Assembly: GCF_001949145.1 (NCBI RefSeq)
Contig: NW_019091362.1
Coordinates: 310,670 to 374,669, forward strand
Length of the DNA stretch: 64,000 bases
Reading direction: 5' to 3'
Source: Acanthaster planci
Lineage: Eukaryota
The position numbers were made by a program, and so were the translations under genes. The first letter of the stretch is position 1, and every line of letters starts with the position of its first letter. Positions 1 through 14,700 of this stretch are shown here, piece by piece. The notes under the pieces are model-generated. The model was not told the origin of the DNA. It was given only the letters and a program-made list of their open reading frames with translations, and made no database searches.

Positions 1-491
1 GCGATAACTGTTTCTACTCCTACTTGAATTTCTCCCTTTCAATCCCATTTCTGTTCCTTATGCTTCTCCACATGCTAACCATACCCACAGCGTTACTCTG
101 AACTTGGAAATTGCTACTGTTACCAAATTTCACTTTGCCAGCACTTCAGAGGAATGTCCCACACCTGACTGTTCTCAAGTGAAAAATGATTCATATTTGT
201 GCTCATTCAGCTGAAATTTGCTTATGTGCACTTTTCTGTGCTGTTTCAATATAAACCAGTGTGTGTGTGTGTCCCACTAGCTCTCCAATAGACCAAACCA
301 TTCATAATTTCAACATGAGTCTGCATCAGTGTTGTAGTTGATACCATCACAAGACCAGACACAAAACCACGCACAAGTAACGGGGTGAACAATGACAAAG
401 GAATGCTTTTGTTGCACTTCATTTGAATAGCTTGTGACTTCAATTCAGACTGGAGGTCTTGTGTGGTCTTGTGGTCTCGACTACGACACTG

Positions 492-742
492 GGCCCAATT
501 TCACGGGGCTGCTTACCAAGCAAGCCAAACATCGACACATACTGTAGCAGAAAATTCTGTGCTTAAGGCAAACTCATTTCACGGGTTAGCAAGGAATTTA
601 GGCTTGTGCGCATGCGTACATCCTGTTACTAAGGATTCTGTGCTTAAAGGGTTTGCGCAGAATTTTTCTGCTGGCGCGGTTAGCACAGAATGGAGATCGC
701 AAGCACAGAATTCTGCAGTAAGCAGCGCCATGAAATTGAGCC
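492..742. mobile_element. MITE, PIF/Harbinger-like
   Basis: TIRs GGCCCAATTTCACGGGGCTGCTTAC / GTAAGCAGCGCCATGAAATTGAGCC; CTG on both flanks (3-bp TSD). Confidence 0.7.
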
Positions 743-1169
743 CTGGTCTCTACCCTTTATAATCTGCATGCAAGTCCTGATCCTAGAAATGCCAAAACTT
801 TCCCAACACCATTCTGCCATGCAAGGGTGTTTCTTATAAGATACATCTACACATAAGAGTATTTACAATAGAAAATCTTCCTGATTATCCAGCTCATCAA
901 AAATATTCTCTGTGGAAGTCTGAAGTACCAGGTTTAGAGTAACCATGATTCTCCCAAAAGCTTAAAATATTCTAGAGACCACAAAACAGTCTCTGGATTA
1001 AGACATTGGAGCAGATTTGCAGTGAGCCCTTTGCAAGTTTAATTTGAATGGAATCTGATACATTGAGTTCTTTAAATTCACGAGGTACAGCAATAGTGTC
1101 TTAAGTCTGGGGAATTCAAATTATCTTTATGTGCAATCAGATAATGCTGTATCAGGATTTTATTCAAAT

Positions 1170-1228
1170 TTAACCCTGACAGCCCTCAATCCTTCACCTG
1201 TTGGAGGATTGAGGACTGCTAGGGTTAA
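1170..1228. mobile_element. Miniature TTAA-flanked hairpin element (piggyBac-like ends), copy 1
   Basis: TTAA-CCCT...AGGG-TTAA hairpin; near-identical copy at 19745-19803. Confidence 0.65.
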
Positions 1229-2748
1229 CTTGCAAAAGGCTTATTGTGGCCAACAGTGCAAGACTGACAACCTAATGGCTTTACACTGCAGACAGGCAAT
1301 GACCTTCCAGCATTAAATCTGATTGGTTGTGCGTGTACATGTACTGTGATCTATAATCCTAGCAGAGAGGTAGCAATCAGACTGTGATGTGCGGTATCAT
1401 TGGAATAGGAAGTAATGAAAGCTTCAACACAGCTCTAGTTGTAGCTTTCTTCAAAACTAAAACAACTGAAGACAGACCGGCCGTTTAATTTTTTTTTTAA
1501 TATGCATGCACAAAAGTTAACAGCACTCTGCCAATTTTGTAACAAATCAACATTGACAGAAACCAATAGAGTTGATGGTTTCAATTCTTTTTCCAATATA
1601 CCTTAAAAATAAAGTGCATGCTTTCCAATGGGTATGATTATGTACATGTAAATTACCCTCGTGCATAAACATAGAATATAGACACATACATGTATATTAT
1701 GTAAATGTACCGATAAACAATATTTAATACAATTTGTTAAAGATGTTAAATCTACGATAAATTATGGCATAAAAGCATTCTTTATACATACAAAAATGTC
1801 CTTGCAGTTCCATCTCCAGCATGGGCCACAGTAATCAAAAATTGTTAACTTACCATCAATGGGAATACTGTAAACACATGTCTTGTATAGAGAAAAGTGA
1901 AACAGTTTACACATACTGTAGGTTTGTCCAAGGCCTCCATTAGACTTCAAACCAATCGGTCTTGAATCAGTCACATACATGTAAGAACTCTGACTTCACT
2001 ACAGTGCTATCACCAGGCTCTTCTCAGAGAATGCCATATTTGTTGATATTTGATACATACATGTACGAAAGGTCACGTGACTAAGTGACCTTCCCACAAA
2101 CTGGACAAAACAAGGTGGCAGTTGCACCCCCCAGCTACACCCCAACCTTACTTCTTTGAATACATTATTATCTTCTCTGAAGAATTAATTAATAGTGAAA
2201 TGTCCAACAGTGGCAGCAATGCTGAGCATTTTACAAAGCACCATGCCACTGAAATTACAAGGAACTATCAGTTAAGCTTGTCATTATTACATAAAGCTTC
2301 TTTCATTTCTTTTAAGTTCACCCTTGCAGACAACCTTTTGGGTCGAAGTAAATGTGCTGGAATACTGAACTTTCTAAATCTTAATAATTTCCGACTTGGG
2401 TGAAGAGGCATGAAAATGTTTGTGTGGAAAGACATGAAAAACTTTCTCCACTTGTGTGAAAATCTTTTCCCACTTATATGTATGTTAAAATCTAAGGAGA
2501 GCCTTTCCCACTTGAAATGAAAACAAATTCCCTAGGAAGAGCGAAAGTTCCAAGATCATTTCCCATAACCAGGTTAAGTTTCAACTCAAATGTACATGTA
2601 CCATGTAAATGTATCAAGACATCAAACTAAGAGAGCTTCAGAATGAACTTGTGAACAGACTCCTGGACATATTTAGAGCCTTTTATCAAAGCCCTCCTGA
2701 TGATGACTGTGCTGACTCGGTGTCTTGGTCCATCTGAACTATGTCCAC

Positions 2749-5700
2749 CTAAATGCCCAAGATCTCACACAGGTCATCTGCAGTACATTTGTCTACCCCT
2801 CTGATTGTCTCTGGGAGCCAGGAGAACTCTCGCACTTCAGTTTCATTGGATGGAGTGCAGTGAGCAACTGCAAAGTAAAGACATACATGTACAGGTATGG
2901 CCGTTAACTTGGTAGGAAGAATGTTTTGGCCTAGGCTATGTAGAGTGCCAAAGAGCTCTATGTCTGGGTGACTGCAGGTGATACATGCTGGGACATGTGA
3001 CTTGGAAGTAATCACTACCGCTGAAGGTGGTAATGGTGAATGTTTGGAATTAACGTCAGGGCAGCTTTATATTTTTACCAATTTAGTTGGGGAGTGCTGG
3101 ACTGTGACAATGCCTAGATTCCGAGTGACATCAAAAATTTACCAGGGCCAAGGATAGTTATGGGAGGACTTTGGTCACCGTGCAGGGTGGAAATGGAAAT
3201 GTTCAAAGAAGCATTACCAGCCGCATGTTTTACTTACAAGAAAGGCTGCAGTGAAGGTATTTTTAATAAGCATGCTAGAAAATACATTTTTTTTTTTGGA
3301 TTTTGTCACATTACATGAAAGATGATTTATTCAATCCAATTTGACATTTTATCCTAACAATTGGAAACTGATTCAAATCTGAAAGAGTCACGTTCAATCC
3401 AATCTGATCTAAGGTCGCATTCAGGTCAGACTGGATTTGGGATTGAAAGTGCACATTCAATACAGAATGTACATGTACCATGCTGTAAATCGAGGCACCA
3501 AAACACCCTTTCAAGTAGCAAAGTACATGTACAAACTGAACATGAGGTTCATTGAGACACAGGTGGATTTTCAAGTGTTGCATTTAAAAACAAATGTACT
3601 GCATAAACCCTTCAAAACATGGTCATAACTGCTTACATTTCTCCTCTAAGCTTTGGACGGTTTTGTTCATCTTTTCCCGGTTGCTTGCTGCTGCTGAACG
3701 ATGTTCGACAATCGGCATTGGGTAGTCCTTACCAATGATACAACCAACCTTCTCTTGGACAGCTAAGGGAGCTTTCCAAGGCTCAAAGAGATATCTCAAT
3801 GGCATGTTGGCTAATACTGGCAAAAATTTCCTACAAAATCAACATTTACAACAAATACCATTCTTTATGTCATGTTGTGAAAATGACCCTTATGATAAAA
3901 AACTGTACTGATAAAAAATCCCCCCCCATGATGCTAGATTTATTTCTATTTCAGGAAGAAATAGTTTAGAAGTTAAAAATTTGATTTATCATGGCAATAT
4001 AAAAATTACCAATTTACAATGAATTTCATCATAATATCAAAAGCTGATATACAGCATCAAAAGGAGATCCACCTTGGACTCATCCCCAAAAACACTGCAA
4101 CCTTACAAATTGTTTCATAATCAGATCACTTGATTAAACAAACACAAATGCCCCACTAAGCCCATGCCTAAATACACACAACTTCATTAATTTCTGATCA
4201 CAAGCCAAATTTGTAGTAACTCTTTTAGAAATTGAGACCTTTACCCTTGACCTTTCGGGCTTACATACAATAGGCTTGTGATATTACCCAAAGGAATGCA
4301 TAAGCCAAATTTTATGTTCCTATGCAAAGTATTTCTCAAGTAATCATGCTATATACATTTCTATTGTTCTGTGACCTTTACCTTTGACCTTTCAGATCCA
4401 AAAGGCTTCCTGGGATTGTTAAGACCAATTTACAAACCAAATTGAAAGTTCATACACAAAGTATGTCTCAAGTTATCACACTGACAGGATTTCTGTTGTT
4501 TTAGCAATTGTGACCTTGATCAAGTGTAATACGCTTCGTAGGATCACCAGGAGCAATCCACAATCAAATCTGAACTTCATGAACAAATCCCTTGGATTTC
4601 ACAGGCCGGGCATAAAAATGGCTCCAGCCAAACCCAACTTAAACATAACACTTTGAAAATGAAGGAAAGCTGACCAGTGACCTGAAACAAGTAGGAATTC
4701 TGCTGACCTTCTGGCACTACAGACTCCAATCATTCTCACCTGACATACTCTCCATTGGGATCCATGCGACGTCCGTAACGTACCGGGCAGAAACAGTTAG
4801 GACACTGCAAGACCTTCTCAAAGGCAGAACTGGAGATCCACATCCAATTCCCAGCACAGATGCTCCAATCGGCATCGAGGAGATACTGATAGAAAACCTG
4901 ATGGAAGGTGAGAAATATGAGAAGGGACGTCGTGTTGGGAAGAAATGCTACAGAAGCAATGACTGGTTGGATTATTCAACAGCCTCGTTTGGGATAAGCA
5001 ATACAAGGGACAGGGTTTCCTTTCAAGCTGATCAAGTAGAAATACACGTATGCACATTTACTCTTAGAGGATGAACAAAACAGACAACATCGTGATAACA
5101 ACTGTGGTACAGAACACAAACCAAAGTAAGTTGATGCACAATTCACAGCCAGCTGTGTCAACACAGGACTGCAAACAGACAACACACTGTTTCACCATGA
5201 GTCCTTCCTCTCAGCTAATATCTTCTTGTCAGGTAGCAGGCTACAACGTGCTACAATCTCACTAACAGACAATCATGCGAATAGTCCAACACACTGCTTC
5301 ACCTTGAGTCCTTCCTCCCAGCTAATCCACAGATCTCCTCTGGTCAGGAAGCAGGCCACAGCATGCCTGGCGACTTGGTGAATCCATCCTTCAATCTTTA
5401 ACTGTTTCATGCAAGCATCAATCCAGGGATAGCCTGTTTCACCCTTTACAAAGATACCAGACATCACATTTAATCACTCCTCTCTTAATAATAATATGTA
5501 ATAAAATAATAAACTACATACGTAATACAGCTTTTTTACCACCTTTTCTATGAGGAGCTACTATGAAAGAAATTATGCTTCTTTCACCGTTCTGCCAAAT
5601 TCTGTCAAAGATAGACTTAGTACAACACAAGAAATGTGCTGTTTAAGACTTAAAGGTTTTCATGGTGAAAGAGACTAGATTTATAGTAAAGATTGCGGTA

Positions 5701-8700
5701 ACACCATGTATTTATCTCTTCTTTGAGTATGTGTGGTTTGCTTTCCACAGTTACTTGTTTCAAACATCACATTTGAATTAGTGACTTAATCTTCATTATC
5801 CAAGGGGTATCAAAAAGTTCACAAAGAGTGACTTCAGGCCAAATAAACCAACTCTCCACTCGCCTCTATCCATTTCTCAAGCTTCTCCTTGTCTTGATTC
5901 CAATCAATTTTCAGACAGATGTTGTTCCCATTCATGCGATCAAAGTTCTTGTTACCAACCGACATGGTATAGAAATACTCCCTCCAGATGAGTTGTGCAG
6001 TCAGGTGTGATGGAGAGATGGCGTTGTTCAGCTGTTGCAAAATAAAAGATGGAATCAAGTGAGGATTTTTACATGCACGTTGGTGTCTTCAGTGAAAAGA
6101 TTCTTCATGAGAAAGGATGGTTTTACGATGCATAACTGCACCAAGTCATTCGCACATGTTGGTCATGTTTGTATCAGTTCTGGCTTCCTCACAATGATCT
6201 GTGCAATTAGTAACTTCAATGTTGTCAGTCTTAATTGGGACTGTTGGACATGTGAGAGTTGTCGCTTGATGAGGGGGGGGGGGCTTGATGATTATCACGA
6301 CTATACAAGTTTACCGGTGGATCACACAAAGTGTACAGCCATAATATCCAATTGAATACTCGGGACCTAATTACATATGCATATACCTCTGTGTATGTGT
6401 CATGGATTCGCCAGTAGAATTTCCTGACAGACAAACAACCAAACCTCAAGTATGGACTCAAGCTCATGGGTGGGCCTAACAGCTCTGGCATGTACTGGTT
6501 AGGCAAGCAGTAACCAGCTTTGAAAGCCTGTAACAACACAAATTGAACAAATGCAAAATACATGGTTTAATTTGATCTGCAGCCAAATCAACAGAAATAG
6601 TTTTTGTTATCTCCATCATGCTCACTTCACTCCTACATATAACAAGTCAGAAACAATTCACATGGCCATTTGTTTTTGCCTAAGCTAGCCAGTGCAATAG
6701 CAGAGTTTTCCTGCACTTCTAGCCACCAGAAGTAGAAACAATTACTACACTCAAGCATGTCACATGAATATGAAAAACAGCCCTTCACCCAGAAGGGTAG
6801 TCACAACCAAAACTGTTTATAGAGAGAGTAGCGAAACTTTCACACTTTGGAACCAAAATGGCTGTTCATTATGCCCGCAGTACGGCATGCAGCTATTGTG
6901 TGCTAATTGTCCATGTGCACTGAAGCATAATCGCACAATTTTGGTTCCAACGATTGAGACACTCATGTCATAACTCTCTCTATAAACAGCTCTGGTTACA
7001 ACTCACAGGTACCAAAATGCTTGCATGCCTCTAGATTAACAGTTTTGTGCCAGACAACATGTTACCGCGCAGAAACTTCTTAAGGTGAATTCTGTATGCA
7101 GTAGTGGGTGGCATCTACATGTACATACATGTATCTCCATGCGCAAGTGATTCAAGCCGTGTTTGTACAAAGAATGCAGAGGTTGGAGGTTGGCATGCAT
7201 GTATACGGCGCCCTCAAGCAGTCTTGGGCCATGTCATCATTGCAAACATCACTCCACGACACTGTCTTGGAGTTTCAGCACAGTCTGTATAGGTACATGC
7301 ATAAGCAGCATGACAAATGAAGATAGCCATGTACCGTAGACCAGCCACCTTGAGGTGCATCAGGGGATGTTTTATCTCACATAAGACATGAAACATACAT
7401 GCATGCTCAAGTGAGATGCTACCTCAGTAATGGTTTGTCACATGAATAATTGCCAGACAGACTAATGACTTACAGCAGCTTCTTTGCGAACTCGAACTTC
7501 AAACAGTTCCAGAGCTCTTGTCTCTCCTCCAATCCAAAGCTGTCGCTCTTGATCAGGATGTTCCATCTTTGGACCTTGAAATGAAGCAACACCTACATGT
7601 AGTCAATGCATTTTTAAGGGGGTTATAAGCCTTCAACTTGACCTTTTGACACCCAGTCTTTATATCTCTTTTATAATTCCCCACAATGTACAAAATAAAG
7701 ACGTTTTAGTCGATTTCTTACTCAGTTAAAGGAACCATGCACTTAAATTTTTTAGAATCTTTTTGTGTGTGTGTATGTCTTTACCCTTCTTCAGGGTATG
7801 AAGACTGTATGGAATCTTTTTCAGAGTTGCGAGAACTGAAAAGTGCACTTTTTAAACATCCACCTTTGACCAAACATATGCAGACAAGTGAGGGCGCTGT
7901 GCCTTGACGTAAATCCAGGAAGACACTGCTCAGTTTGCACGTTTTTATATTAAAATAGTGAACTCAAAATTTGCTACATGAAAACATTTTTGAAAAAACA
8001 AGGTTGCTCCCCAACTTTTTGCCATATACTTACACAACAATAAACAGCCAAAAGAAATGAAATCCATGGTAACAGTGCTTTAAAAAAATGTAGACATTCT
8101 TTACGCACAAATCAGTGGAACATTGAGATTCGGTGCCTTGGATAGCATCATACTTTTACTCATGAATATGCAAATGGAATTAGCATCAAAACAGAAAAGC
8201 TCCAAAATCTGGTTAAAATAGTAAAACAATAATTTACAATAAGGTTAATTGAAACCCAAAGGTGCAATTTCAAGGCTTTTTACTAAAACTTGATAAAACA
8301 TTCTATTACACTGTACAAGGTCCATCTATTTATAGAACCTGTCCCAGCTGTACTACGTGTCAAATAATGCATAAACCCTCATGTTACATGAAACAATCCC
8401 GCACTCATCAAAGATTTCCGAACAAGATGACCCAAAGCCAACAAATACAAAAACCACAACCACATGTAAGATTGATAATTTCTTTTAGCTGCTTCAGGTC
8501 TGGAATATGCACACGTGTATCCAGAATGCAGGGGCCGCTAAAAGCAATCACAGCCTGTCAGTAATCAAGGTGTCAAGGGCACCATCTTTCCTTCTTGGCA
8601 TATAATAACTGCAATTTGTGTTTACAACGAAAAATTAACAAGTCATAAATGCATGTACCTAGGATAGTTTAGCTATTTCTACTGGTTGACAGTCTGCCAT

Positions 8701-11700
8701 GTGGCTGGTCTTTAAATAGTTGATTTAAATGCCAGCCAGCAACAAACGTGGCCCTTGAAAAGTTACCGGTACCTGAACATTCAGGTACATAATTTTTCTA
8801 CATTACAGTTCAGTTTGTGTCATTTCATTTGACAACGAGTGTGGACATGAAAAACACATGTATACAGAATTGCAAAGCAACAAAGTTAACATGCAAATAT
8901 TTTCAGTTGTATTTTGCTGAATTATACAAAAAGGTATTTATAAATTGGAATGCACATGTGCCTGTCCGGTCTTCAACAAATACCGTATGTTTAAGGCCTG
9001 CTTTCAAAGCCAAGCCCATCTTAAACATAGGCAAATTTAATCAAAGATCACTAGTCAACTAGTGGTTGGTTCATGACGTACATATGCACCTGGTGCATGT
9101 GCAGTGAAGTTGAAATGTGAATGACCCTAGTCAACCGCTGTCAGGTCATTAGGCCAAAGGTGGCTGCAGGAAGGACAAAATAACAAAATTAAAAGTGAAA
9201 ATGGTCATTTACGAGTGACGCACTGTTTTTCCAGCATTTTTCTAATATACTGGTCCTCTCTGCACTGTGCCATTAAAAATGGTTTATGGCAACCATCATT
9301 GTGACCAACCTCGATAGGCTGGTCGCGAATAGTTGACTAGACTGGTCCAACCACTGTCAACAAGAGTGCCTTCAATCAGACTTAGAACTATGGTTAAATG
9401 GTCTTTGATCCAACTTTCTCATACTTGGTCAAGACACAATCACACATCTATTCCCTTTACACAAAAGTCTATTTTAATTCACCTCCACGTACCTATGTCT
9501 TGAAAGCGAGGGAGTGCAAACTGACCAAAGTTGTCACAGATTGGCAAGTTGACTAAGCTAAAGTCTGGCTCCTTTTCAGGTCGCTGTGGAAGACCAATCA
9601 TGGAGACTACCTCTTGAAACATGGCGTAGGTAACCGGTGGAGTGCCACCATTCCTAGCTGTGACTCTGATATGAGTACAACCAAACCAAACAATGTGAAT
9701 ACACAAACCTGTATGCTGTGACAATTCTCCACTTGGAATTTCATCTTACACACAGCATCTTTTTGTCTTGTACATAAGTCTCGAAATTTGTTTTCCTGTT
9801 TTATGTGTGTGTGTTGTTGTTGGGGGGGGTGGACGGGGGATGTCTGAGACGGGATAAAGCAAAGACCTCCACAATATATTCTCGTTAAGAATGAACTTAT
9901 AATGGATTACATATGTTTGAGGATTACATTATTTTCAAGACAAGAAAAATAAATGCCATGGTCGAATATTCAGTACAATGCAAATGAAACAGGGACTGGT
10001 AAATTCTATTCACACCTTTTCTCTTCCAAGGGAATTCATTTTCATTTCAAAAGTGTGAAAACGGTTTCCTACAGCGGGAAAATATAGTTTCGCACCTTTT
10101 CACACAAGTGGGAAAATATTTTCACCCATTGTCTGATGATGACAGTAAAGTTAGTTGGATATCGGACATTGGACATTCCAATGTACGAATGAACAATGTC
10201 TGGAAACAGACAACTTCCCAAACCTATGTCTGATGTGAATGTGAGCCGTGTTCAATTTCAGTTACAACATACAGCTCCTCTGAATTACAATGTACTATAC
10301 AGCATACATGTAGCATACACCAGTACATGCACCTCCACTGCTCAGTACATGTATCTACATGTAGGTTCATTAACCCTAATAGTCCTGAATCCTCCAATTT
10401 TAATATGATTTTTCACACACCCTAGGGGGTTAGGGTTAAAGTGCAGGACTACAACTGAACAAAGAAGTTACAGCAAAACTCACTTGAGCTGAAATGTGTT
10501 CAAATTTGGCAAATTTAACGAGTAAATATTTGCTCCAAAGTCATCTAAATTATCAGCAAGGGCAATCTCATTATGATCCCCAAGGGCACTGCAGTATCCT
10601 ATTCTATTACAATATTTGATATCCCACTCTGGACATCTGACATTAAATTATCAGTCACGACTTACTCATTAGGGTCCCACAGAGTATGGGATACCCTCTC
10701 GATGTACTGGATACCACGCTCACTGCAGAGTCGCTTGACAGCATTATCACGGTCTTGCCAAATAGGCTCAGGATCCTGCTCAAAGGTTATCAAATTCACA
10801 CCCCATTCCTGGTGATAACAGCCAACAAAAGTGCTCTTTTAGAATTCAAGAGGGTGACATGGGAGAAATGATAAACACTCACGCTAAAAACAGCAATGTT
10901 TTTCCCACATGAATTGGACAATACCGCAATGGACTTCTCTAAAAAAGCACTCCTTCAAATGAGACCAACTCAGCTCTTTAATAAAAATACAGATCAATGC
11001 TGCCATTTCAATATGGAAATTATACAACCCAGAATGTACGTTGGCTGGATTTGTTTCAACGGGGGCGGAACTTTTTCTCAGGAGGGGGCAAAGCACTTAC
11101 ACTGTATCAGTAGCAAATGTGATGTGATCAGCAAAAATCCTTCACATGGTGAGCTTTGTTAGTTGGGTGCATATAAATTCCAAATTAATATGGACACACT
11201 CTTGTTTCCAGACACATTACATTTAGGATTCTACATGTAAGTTATCTACAGTATGAATCTAAGTTGTCTAGAATCTTTGAAAACAGAACAGTGTCTAGAT
11301 CAATTTGAAGTTGATACGTACCAAAATGGCAAAGCTGACCTTGTGAAAGGTTTTCATAGCTCACATCACAAATTGAGAAGCTATTAGCTGTGGAAAAGGA
11401 TCAACTCCACGGTATAATCAAGCAAGTCGTGATTTCCTTCTTTTTTTTTTTTTTCTTTCTTTTTTTTCTCGTTTTCTTTTTTTTTCTCTTCCTAGGGGTG
11501 AGAAAGTGCCCCTTTTCCATCCTATCCTCACAACGCCCACTCAACCAACTCCTCCGAGTACTTCGCACACACCCATACATTATCAATAGACGGAACATTA
11601 ACAATTGTCTGGATCAAGGATAGGAAAGCCTAGACCTCCCCAAGGACTACAGACATGTACATATACATATAGCTCAGGGCCTGCTAGTTTTGCACAGATC

Positions 11701-14700
11701 CGGATTGCAATCAGTGATCCCACATTAAACCTGCCTAATGGATGGCTTGAACCAGCCTTGGGATCGTCCATCCAGACCCAGATGGCACCAACAGGCCCTC
11801 AAAATCAGCAATCTGTAGAATTGCCACTTAAGTTCTTGACTTCATACAGTACACCAATATATAAGACCCTTGCAAGCACACGATACTACGGCTAAAGAAT
11901 AGCATAAGCTGGAACTGTATCAGGACAAAGCGACTTTAAAATCTTAATAGATGGTACTATGGCAACAAATAGTGTGAGTACATGTACAGTATAGACACAA
12001 GTACTTTACAAGCTATAAGTACATGTACTTACTCCAGGCTTGTAAAAATTCAGACCACAAAATATATTGCTACAGGATCAACATATGAAGGAGGAGTAGA
12101 AAGTAGGAAATGATCCTATGATCCACGTTACCATGACTACGCTTTCCCAGATTCATCTATTTATGCCGTAATGATATTCCAACACAAATAGCAAATCTCC
12201 CATCCATTAAACATTCATGCAAACCTAAGCTACAGTCAGATATATTTGGCTGTACATGTACATGTATGTTTCTGCCCCCCCATTCTTTTGACAAACACAC
12301 GTAAATATGTACTTGTACAAGAACATCAAGTTGGACTACCGGCAATTATGCTCATCCCTTTGCAAAAACAGAGCTTCGCCCTACCTCTGAGAGATATTCA
12401 ATTTGCTTAAATTGCAGTAGGACACTACAGCACACCTTAGCCACTATAAGCTACCCCAGTACCATTTCACCATATTACAGCTTCATGTCACTATTTACTG
12501 CATTCTGGAAACTTCACAAGGCTCTAAGGCCACCTGTTGGCATGGGTATCATTTGGTTACTCAATGAATTGGTCTAAGTGTAAACTACTTCGCTAAATTT
12601 TTCTGTTCAATTTATTATAAACCACATTGTCAAAATGAATGTTTCCTTCACACAAGGCAAAAGAGATCAGCCAAAGACATCTTAAAAACAAAATTCTGAA
12701 CAGAATTCCCGGCAAAGAACCTTTTTGACGGGTGAATGTCCTGAAATTACTATTACCTTGGTGGACTTGTTTATCATCAATTAATCCTTTCATTAAAATA
12801 AGTATTTTATAAGGAAAATCTGGCTGTTTAATTGACCGAAATTGTAATCAAAAATAGAACAATTAGTGGATTGAAACAATAATTGAAAACTTGCAGGTCT
12901 ACAAGGTTTCAAGACCAAAACAGCGCTACATGTCATGTATGGGAGTGTACATGTACTTAGTACCCCGCCGGTAGATACACTTTGGTACATGTACATGCAG
13001 TGATACATTGTGCATATGAGCAAGTGCAACTCAAGACCTACGTGTTTGTACCTGTATACATGAATGTAACTGGTGACCTAGAAATTAAACATCTATTTAA
13101 GGTGCTACTCCAATTTTAAGGGGTGGTGATGAGCCTACATTGTATGCATCTCCACCCTACCGGTACCTTACACCATACCCGGTACAAGCACTGAGGAATC
13201 CACCCTACCGGTACCTCACACCATACCCGGTACAAGCACTGAGGAATCCACCTACCGGTACTTCACACCATACCCGGTACAAGCACTGAGGAATCCACCC
13301 TACCGGTACTTCACACCATACCCGGTACAAGCACTGAGGAATCCACCCTGCCGGTACCTCACACCGTACCCGGTACAAGCACTGAGGAATCTACCCTGCC
13401 GGTACCTCACACCGTACCCGGTACCAGCATGGAGGAATCCATCCTACCGGTACCTCGCACAGTACCCAGTACCAGCATGGAGGAATGACATCACAAAACA
13501 GGACTTTTCCACACATTTTTCAAGTAATTGTGGGTGGGTCTTCTAGACCTGCATTAAGGGGACAATTTCTTGTGTTAGGAAACTACGAGTAAGAAAAACA
13601 TTGTGGGGATGAAATTTGAAATGTGGGGACAAAAATTTATCCGCATCACGTTGTTGGTCCCCATAGCATTACAGTATGTTTCTCAACATGACCGTGTGTG
13701 GTTCCCATAACCCAGTGACAAGTACATATATCACATGCACTGTACATGTGCATGTATGTGTGAGTGCATGAACATGTGTATAACATGATGTACATGTATC
13801 CTCGACAGAATTTGCTTGATGTTTCAGAGTAAGATTCTCATGTATCCTACCTCAATCAGTTGGTCAAAAATAGTGCAAGGATCTCCCTTGAAGGTATACA
13901 ATCTCCCACCAACTTCTTTGAGTCTTCTGTCTATGTCTTCCAAGGCTTCATAGAGAAACCGCCATCGATTGAAACCACACACTTTGGTCCCTGAGAAATA
14001 ACGATACCAAGGAAATTGCATGAAGAATAAGTTCATAATGTACATGTACATGTAGCTAAACAGTATTTCTGTTGATTTTGTTGGTGTAATGTTATGGTAA
14101 TAGTCCAGGTACTGGGACATGTACATGCCAGTGTAAAGTGGGTTTTTTCTACTGTTAGTGGCATACCAAGTCCAAATTACAGGGCTAAAGAGGGGAGCCC
14201 TCAGTCATGTTCTGGCATACGTGTACATGCGATTTCAAGCAATATACCGGTACACACAAAACTCTCTGAGCGCATTTTTGAAGCTTTGAAGGCGTGCACT
14301 GGTACCATATCAGTATCTCTCCAAACAAAATAATGAGACTAATAAAATAAACATTTGCCTATTAGAGGAGATTCTCAAGGCAAAATAAGCGATGAACCGA
14401 ATAACTAAACAAGGAAACTGCAGTGTGTCATGCACTGGCGTTCAGTGAACCTCAGCTTGTATGGTACACTTGTCATGCTCTCATCAAAATCTGATTAGAT
14501 ACATGTTGTACTGTACCTGTTGATACAAATGCCTCCACTGCATATCAACAGATTCCGACAAGCTTAACTGTAAACAGGGAAAACTGAGAGATCTAAAATG
14601 CCAAATTATTTCACATGCAAAATGCCTTTTGGCCACACTTGAGCTGCTGGTGCGACTGTATGCACACACATTTCTTTGACTGATATTGCCATATCATGTA

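Noticed and set aside
11390..11623. Poly-Lys / poly-Phe ORFs
   Set aside because: Translation of a T-rich low-complexity tract.
13152..13486. Regular repeat array resembling CRISPR
   Set aside because: Head-to-tail 48-bp units without unique spacers, in a eukaryotic intron.
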